From assembly GCF_963921235.1 (NCBI RefSeq), contig NC_086119.1:19096001-19160000 (forward strand): a DNA stretch of 64,000 nucleotides. Reading direction: 5' to 3'. This DNA is from Mobula hypostoma. Taxonomy: Eukaryota. Under the pieces are notes generated by a model that saw only the letters and a program-made list of their open reading frames with translations, was not told the DNA's origin and searched no databases. A program made the translations under genes and the position numbers. Below, piece by piece: positions 61,909-64,000 of this stretch (its first letter is position 1; every line of letters begins with the position of its first letter).

Positions 61909-63129
61909 TTACAATCTTTTCTGGTATTTTCCTTTATCCATTGCTTGGAAAATGAATTCCAAACTAGATCTTCAACAAGCAATCACAAAGAAAGTTCTTA
62001 CGGAGGACTGCTGGATTCTATTAGGGAAAATTTTACAGTTAAAGAGCATTCCATTCACAGGAAGGGTCACTATGCTGATCGCTGTTTAGGAGCTGGCCAT
62101 ATATTTAAGTGTGAGCTGTATTCTAACCTGCCTTGTTACAACACCTTACCCACTCCACCCATCAAGCTCTGTAGGAGAGGGGGGAAGCAATGGTATTTGC
62201 CCTTGATTGCCCTTGTGATATTCTTACAATGGACAGAATGACCCACACTGTGGTTATAAAAGGAGAAAGATAGGAATAAGATGCCAACGTAATGGTCAAA
62301 GATCTTTGTTCCCCAGTAAAGTTAAAGGTACTTGAATTCAGAGAAAGTATATTCTCCAGCTTTATAGAAATTTCTAGTTATTATCTTAGTTATGAATGCA
62401 CGTAGCAAGAATGACAACAGAATAGTATGCTTAAACATTTTTACGGAGTCTTGTTAGTAATGGTATGTGCAATTTACAGCGTGGGAGCTACATACAGGGC
62501 CCATAAAGACAAAAAATATGCACACTTGAAAGCCCGTGCCAAAAGAGAAGAGGGTCCTCTGCAGTTTGGAGACCCAGTTGATTCACTGAGCTATCCAAAA
62601 GCCATACATGCTCCTGCCACATTCTCACAATCAATCTGATACTGTCCAATCTCTGTGACAGTTATCTATCTTCCAAATTTGTTATTGAAGTTCAAAATCT
62701 AATTGTCAGCGGACCAGCCTACAGTAAGTCTCCCTTGGGATTGATCACGAAGAAAAAATTGTTGCTTAAAATTCTAAAGTCAGGTTGGACTGACAAGTGA
62801 TTTGAATTGCATGATTAAACATAAATCATTACAGCAGTGATTACATTTCATCAGCATCTCATTGGCTAGAAAGAGCTTTGTCCTGTATTTGTTAAAGGTT
62901 CTAATTCAATGCAAGTTTTCTTTCTTTGCAGGTGTTATTTTCTGAATTTAGGGAAATGTTTTTTTCACCTTCCCCAGTTCCCAAATGCATCAATCTTGCT
63001 GCAGTGCAGTTGCCCAGATGTCACTGTCCCCAGTACCACCCACAGCTGATGATCACTATTACAGATCCCGGATAGTGGACACTGAGGATTATATTACACC
63101 ACAAGTCATTGTGAAATCTCTTCTAGGGT

Positions 63130-63770
63130 GTTCCCAGGAATGAAAGTGACGTGTTTGATGGCTCTGGGCCTACACTGGCTGGAGTTTAGAAGAATGAGGA
63201 GGGAATCTCATTGAAACCTACTGAAAATTGAGTGGATGTGGAGTGGATGCTTCCTATAGTGGGCGAGTCTAGGACCGGAGGACACAGCCCCAGAATAGGA
63301 CATCCCTTTAGAACAGTAATGAGGAGGAATATCTTTAGCTGGAAGGTGGTTAATCGGTGGAATTTATTGCCACAGACAGCTGTGGAGGCCAGTCATTGGG
63401 TACATTTAAAGCAGAAGGGTGTCAGAATTTACGGGGAGAAGGCAGGAGAACTGGGTTCAGATGGATAATAGATCACAAGCCAAAGAAAATCTGAAGATGC
63501 TGGAAACCCAAGCAACACACACAAAATGCTGGGGGAACTCAGCAGGCCAGGCTGCATTGAAGGAAAAGAGTACAGCCGACGTTTCGGGCTGAGACCCTTC
63601 ATCTGCCATGATGAAGGTTCTCGGCCCGAAGCATTGACCATATTCTTTTCTTTTGATGCTGACTGACCTGCTGAGTTCCTCCAGCATTTCGTATATGTTG
63701 CTGGGATAATAAATCAACCATCATCAAATGGTGGGGCAGACTCAATGGGCCAAATGGCCTAATTCTTCTC
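63130..63770 (+). mobile_element. CR1 3' fragment with nested palindromic PLE mini-element (63476-63703)
   Basis: CR1 translation SRTGGHS..NRWNLLPQTAVEA; TSD ggataata(g/a)atca at 63463-63475 and 63704-63716. Confidence 0.85.
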
Positions 63771-64000
63771 TGATCGTGTCCTCTCCTGCTGTGCCTGCAT
63801 TAGACATTTCAAGCAAGAGTCATCGTGTGATTGGAGTTACGGTATTCCCTGTCCGAAGCCCACCCGTGTTGAGACTATTCAGTGTAAACTGGAGGTTGTA
63901 GCCCAGCCTCTGTAATTCATTGGTCTCGGGTTTACCAGGATCATTGAAGTCTGATTTGCTTCACTTCATTTTCTATACGACAAATGTCAAATTATAATCA

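Overview
Eukaryotic, not prokaryotic, DNA. The repeat repertoire (HER1/CR1 LINEs, HE1-type V-SINEs, Deu-domain SINEs, Neptune-type Penelope-like elements, Rex1/Babar) points to a cartilaginous fish, most likely a ray; this is inference from remembered family features, and no search was run. About half of the window is nested, mostly decayed transposons: CR1, Rex1/Babar, an R4/Dong LINE, RTE-derived non-autonomous elements, a degenerate Gypsy pol with an LTR remnant, three solo LTRs, Tc1/mariner and hAT MITEs, and many Penelope-like element (PLE) pieces carrying minimal type-I hammerhead ribozymes. No intact protein-coding gene can be named. Weak candidate exons lie on the minus strand at 1.4-7.5 kb, and several TE-free stretches look like conserved non-coding elements. 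Main findings: (1) an RTE-tailed retroelement inserted in the Gypsy RT carries a circularly permuted fragment of the host gene ZFTRAF1/CYHR1 exon 1, suggesting capture through a circular intermediate; (2) a young family of short, TSD-flanked, often palindromic PLE mini-insertions whose breakpoints cluster at the hammerhead ribozyme; (3) two local inverted duplications that look like templated insertions. Boundaries of old repeats are approximate.
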